Below are positions 59,469-64,000 of a stretch of 64,000 bases of DNA, piece by piece. Source of the stretch: Phaeosaccion multiseriatum (Eukaryota > Protista > Ochrophyta, other classes). Every line of letters starts with the position of its first letter. The first letter of the stretch is position 1. The translations under genes and the position numbers were made by a program. The stretch is taken from the NCBI GenBank assembly GCA_965112735.1, contig OZ218953.1, positions 5,022,001-5,086,000 on the forward strand, written 5' to 3'. A model generated the notes under the pieces. It ran no database searches. It saw nothing but the letters and a program-made list of their open reading frames with translations, and had not been told where the DNA came from.

Positions 59469-60060
59469 TGAGTAGTGGAGAGTAGAGTAGAGTTAGGGTT
59501 TGCGCTTGCTCGCAGCTCTGTTGGAGCCGCTGGGGTAAGCACAGAAGCTTCGATGTCGACTTTGATTGAAAAGGTCAACTAAACTGAAAGCTGAAAACTG
59601 AGCTGCTGGAGCTGCTATGTTCAAAGGCGTAGAGAGAAAGATATTGACAGAGAGAGACACAGAGAGAGACACACAAGGCCTTTGTGAGAGAGGGAAAGAG
59701 ATAGACAGACAGACAGAGAGAGAGAGGGAGGGAGGCAGGGAGCGACAAGTGAGAGAGGAGAAATAAAAAGAGAGAGGGACGAGAGGAGGGAGGAGGAAGG
59801 CTTTCTTTGGCCTTTCGACACGACGTCATTGGATTGCAGTCCTTTTCGATATCCCTTTTCCCCTTTTTTTTTTTTTTTTACTTCATTACTAAATATTACT
59901 ACGAAGTACTTAGTATTAATTATTAGTATGATTTGGATCAGTCTTCGGTGAAGGGTGAGGTGGAGGGATGGCATGGGATGGCAGTGGATGGAGGTGGGGA
60001 TGGGATGGGATAGGATGGCAGTGGATGGAGGTGGATGGGGTGTGGGAGTAGATGCGGGCG

Positions 60061-63000
60061 TTACGCTGTGCCGAAGCTTGCCGCTCCTGCGTACCCCTCC
60101 TCGTCCGCCTGGTAGACTGCCATCCGCTCCTGCAGGCCCTGTTCTCCTCCTCCTCCTCCTTCCTCCTCCGCCGCCTCCAGCTGGGCTGCTTCCAGCGGCA
60201 GAAAGGACGACTGCTGCTGCTGCTCCTCCTCCTCCTCCTCCTCCTGCTGTATCACTTCGCCGACTGCTGCCTCGAGTGTAGCCACACCGTTCTCCTCCCC
60301 CTCCCCCCCCCCCCCCGGCTGTATCACCAGCTGCCCCCCCTCCCCCTCCTCTTGTTCCTCAGATGCCTCGTGGAAGTCTCCGAGCGTGAGTCCCTCCCAG
60401 TAGCCCCCAATCTTGGACCCGTCTTGATTGTAAGCAGCGTACCAGCAGCTGCTGTTGTCGTCATTCTTGTCACACTCCGCCCGAGACTCCTCCGCCCACT
60501 CCTACGCGCATGTTTTCGTTGGTTCACAGGAGGAGGAGGAGGAGGAGGAGGAGGAGGAGGAGGAGGAAGGGTAGCAACATGGGAGGGGCAGCGTGAGGAA
60601 GCGTTAAAGGGGTGCCTTGGGGAGAGCAAGAGCAGGAGGGGGATAGATAGGAGTACCCAAGCCGCCTCCCTCTCTCCCTCCTCCTCCAACCCACCTCCAT
60701 GGAGCAAACTTGATGGTCGGCAAAGTCCCCATAACTGTGCGTCCTCTTGTGACAAGCCTTGCACAGCTCCTGCCCACCCCCTCCACCGCACACTCGACAA
60801 ACCAACACCGCATCCCTCACGGTGCACACCGCGCAGGGATGGATGGTAACCGCCTCCCACGCGTGCCGCCACTGATTCGGGGCGGTGCTGTGCTCTCGGC
60901 GGTAGCAGAGGAAGCAGAGGGAGCGCCCCTCAGACAGGCACTTGCGCGTCGCCAGTTGTATGTTGCAGGACTGATGTACATGCAAGTAAGTCAATGGGGT
61001 GCGTGGTGCGTACAGTAAGTCAGCGGGTGGCGGCAGTAAGTCATTCAGTCGCTTCGTTCCGCTCAGGGTCGGAGGGAGAACAAGAAAATGCCAACACAAC
61101 ATCGTTATCAAGGATACGAAAGCGCCTTGCCTCCCTCCCTCTCTCCCTCTGTATCACCAACTCCCTCACCTGGCAGGGAATGTACCCAGGCGGACGCTCC
61201 TCTTCCACGTCCCCGCTTCGGCGATTAAAGTAGTACGAGTTTGCGCTTCCCCCCCTGTCCACAAACACCCACTCGTGGGGTTCCTGCAGCACGTCCTCTC
61301 TTCGCTTGATACGGCCCGTCCGGAGGAGGCGGTGAAGGAAGGGCGGGGTGGACCAGGAGGCCTCCTTGGTACTCTGGGAAGGGAGGGAGGGAGGGGAAGG
61401 AAGAGCAGAGGAAGAGGGGGGTGGTGGAAGTGGATGGGCCAAGAGTGAGAATGCACATACTTGAGAAAGGCACTCTCTCTTCACTGCCTCTTCCCTCTCC
61501 CCCTCCCTCTCTCTCGCCTCTCTCCCATCACCCCCTCTCTTCCTCCCCCCTCTCTCCTATCACCCCCTCTCCCTTACTACCTTATCCCTCCCTCCCTCCC
61601 TCCCTTTCTCTCTCCTCTCCCTCTCGTATCACGACCTTACTCTTACTCTTACCGCGTTAAAGTAGAACAAGGCTTTCGTGGATGGGTCTACAAGAAGCTG
61701 CATCGTAAGGGCAATGCGACCTCGAGCGTACCCTTGGGAAAGAGAGAGAGAGAGGTAGGTAGGCAGTTGGTGGTACAGAGAGGACAGAGGGGACAGCCGA
61801 GAAGTTAGTGGTACAGATGGAACAGAGGTGAGGAGGAGAGGGAGGGAGGGAGAGAGGGAGGGAGGGAGGGAGGGAGAGAGGGAGGGAGAGAGGGAGGGAG
61901 GGAGGGAGGGAGGGAGGGAGGGAGGAAGGAAGGGAGGGAGGGAGTGAGGGAGGGAGGGAGGGGGGGAGGAAGGGAGAGGGAGGGAGGGAGGGAGAGGTCA
62001 GGGAACAGGGGAGAAGGAGGAGGGGGAGTGTAAAGGTCTATTGAACTGAAACTGAAGCTGAAACTCACATACTGCCCGCAGACACCTCCACCAGCACGTG
62101 AGCTTGCGTGCATTGCTTTCCTCCTTTTCCGCCTGTACAGTAAGTCAATGATCCACAGCGTACGTCAATGAGCCACCGAGTAAGTCAATGGGCCACAGAC
62201 AGCCATACCATCGATTATCGTCCATTATCGTTGAATCGCTTCTAGTGGAATGCGAGGATTGAAAGGAAGGAGGGTGGTGAATGGACGCGCAAGAGAGAGC
62301 TTACAAGCAAGTCTAGCTAAGGATGGCAGTCCATGGACAGAGCAGATGAGTCTGTTGGCTTACAGACTAACTAACTACCTCTGTTAGCTTACTAAAACTA
62401 ACCTGTTAGCTTACTAACAAACAAACTAACTATCCTCTGTTAGCTTACTGACAAACTAACTACAAGTAACTAACCTGAATGCGCCGCTCTTCCACATCGA
62501 ATCTCCACCGCTGCAAGGCCCGGTCCTTGGCACCCTGTTCGGCGCGCGGAGGGGGGGGGTGGCAGGTGCAGGAGACAGGAGAGAGATGACGGTTACAGGT
62601 GACAGGTGAGTTGACAAGTGACCAGGCGACAGGGTTACAGCGGTAGTTTCAGCAGGCGGGGGAAGGAGTGGGGAAGGGGAGAGCACAGAGAGGGGAAGCT
62701 CTTTCTACTGTCCCCCCCCCCCTCCTCGGCCAGTGGGTCGCAGTGGGTCGGTGCCGGTGTGCGTGTGGGTGTGAGCGGGGCAATCGGGCCGAAGGGGTTG
62801 AGGGGAAAAGGCCAACCAAACAAGCAGAGCAGGGAGAGAAAGCAGGGGCCACGGCTGACAGCGCCACTTGTGTCCCCCCCCCCCCTTGACTGAAGAGGAA
62901 CTTCGCTGAGGTATCGCGCGGACAATGTGCTGACTTCTCGCGCTGACAATTTGCTGACTTATCGCGCTGACTATTTGCTGACTTATAGCGCTGACTATTT

Positions 63001-64000
63001 GCCGACTTACGTGCCATCTGCGGTACATCTTCTGCAGAACTTTCGCGGCACGGTCTTGAAGCACCCTTTCCCATTCGCCGGGCTTCTTCGCCTTCACCTA
63101 AGGGGGGGGAGGGAGGGAGGAAGAGAGTGAGTGATTGAATGAGTGATTGAGTGAGTGATTGAGTGAGTGAGAGAGTGATTGAGTGAATGAGTGAATGACT
63201 GAGATAGAAAGGTGCATCCCTCCTACGCCTGTAACTGTGCCATGCCATGCCTTGTCTGTGCCCTCCTCCCCTCCCTCCCTCCCTCCCTCCCTCCCTCCCT
63301 CCCTCCCTCCCTCCCTCCCTCCCTCCCTCCCTCCCTCCCTCCCTCCCTCCCTCCCTCCCTCCCTCCCTCCCTCCCTCCCTGCCTGCCTGCCTGCCTGCCT
63401 CCCTCCCTCCTCCCTGCCTCCCTCCCTCCCTCCCTCCCTTCCTCCCTCCCTCCCTCCCTCCCTCCTTCCCTGCCTCCCTCCCTCACTGCCTACCTCCCTC
63501 CCTCCCTCCCTCCCTCCCTCCCTCCCTCCCTCCCTCCCTCCCTCCCTCCCTCCCTCCCTCCCTCTCTCCCTCCCTCCCTCCCTCCCTCCCTCCTTCCCTG
63601 CCTGCCTGCCTGCCTGCCTCCCTGCCTGCCTCCCTCCTCCCTCCCTCCCTCCCTCCCTCCCCCCCTCCCTCCTTCCCTCCCTGCCTGCCTGCCTGCCTCC
63701 CTGTCTGCCTCCCTCCTCCCTCCCTCCCTCCCTCCCTCCCTCCCTCCCTCCCTGCCTGCCTCCCTGCCTCCCTCCTTCCCTCCCTCCCTCCCTCCCTCCC
63801 TCCCTCCCTCCCTCCCTCCCTCCCTCCCTCCCTCCCTCCCTCCCTCCCTCCCTCCCTCCCTCCCTCCCTCCCTCCCTCCCTCCCTCCCCCCTCCCTCCCT
63901 CCCTCCCTCCCTCCCTCCCTCCCCTCCTCGCCCCCCTCCCCTCCTTCTAGTCTGCCCCACTGACCTTCTCTCGCATGTCGCTCTCCTGCTTGCCGAGCAG
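60061..64000 (-). CDS. IQ-motif / WW / B-box zinc-finger protein, 5' part outside window
   Basis: IQ-like AAKVLQKMYRRWH; WW-like VDPSTKALFYFNA/STKEASWSTPP and EWVFVDRGGSANSYYFNRRSG; B-box-like QSCNIQLATRKC...LCFLCYRREH and CAVC...CRVC...LCKACHKRTH; acidic tail ending at 60061. Confidence 0.75.
63261..63925. repeat. (CCCT)n microsatellite, intronic
   Basis: About 660 bp of CCCT/GCCT repeats. Confidence 0.95.

Noticed and set aside
63195-63963. PPSL/GGRE repeat ORFs (also the THSL and CLSV ORFs elsewhere)
   Set aside because: Translations of tetranucleotide microsatellites in introns.

Overview
Eukaryotic nuclear DNA with GC-rich exons and microsatellite-rich spliceosomal introns. It is most likely from a photosynthetic stramenopile (ochrophyte) alga, which is an inference. 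The window opens inside a 28S rRNA gene (1-~2556), followed by a spacer of hairpin plus T-tract subrepeats. No 18S follows, so this is the edge of an rDNA locus. From ~3.9 to 15.5 kb lies a decayed zone: two CRE-type non-LTR retrotransposon 3' fragments, MAD1 and PPR pseudogene pieces, and a 3.8-kb internally deleted piggyBac-like element with an ATAT target-site duplication. The intron-rich genes that follow are: a CtpA/S41 peptidase whose catalytic Ser sits on a 12-nt microexon, a possible degenerate kinesin-like gene, an ankyrin protein with a CaaX box, NOC3, an LTA4H-like M1 aminopeptidase with a C-terminal tail anchor, a PA-IL-like secreted protein, a Patched/NPC1-like protein, and a partial IQ/WW/B-box protein. 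Between the ankyrin gene and NOC3 are a hAT-type MITE and five long foldback inverted repeats packed into 2.9 kb, one homologous to an adjacent ORF (candidate hairpin-RNA/small-RNA locus). The most unexpected signal is an 11-mer, GTATCACCAAC. It recurs in exons and introns almost only on the + strand, whatever the gene orientation. All calls are by eye, so coordinates and exon boundaries need computational confirmation.
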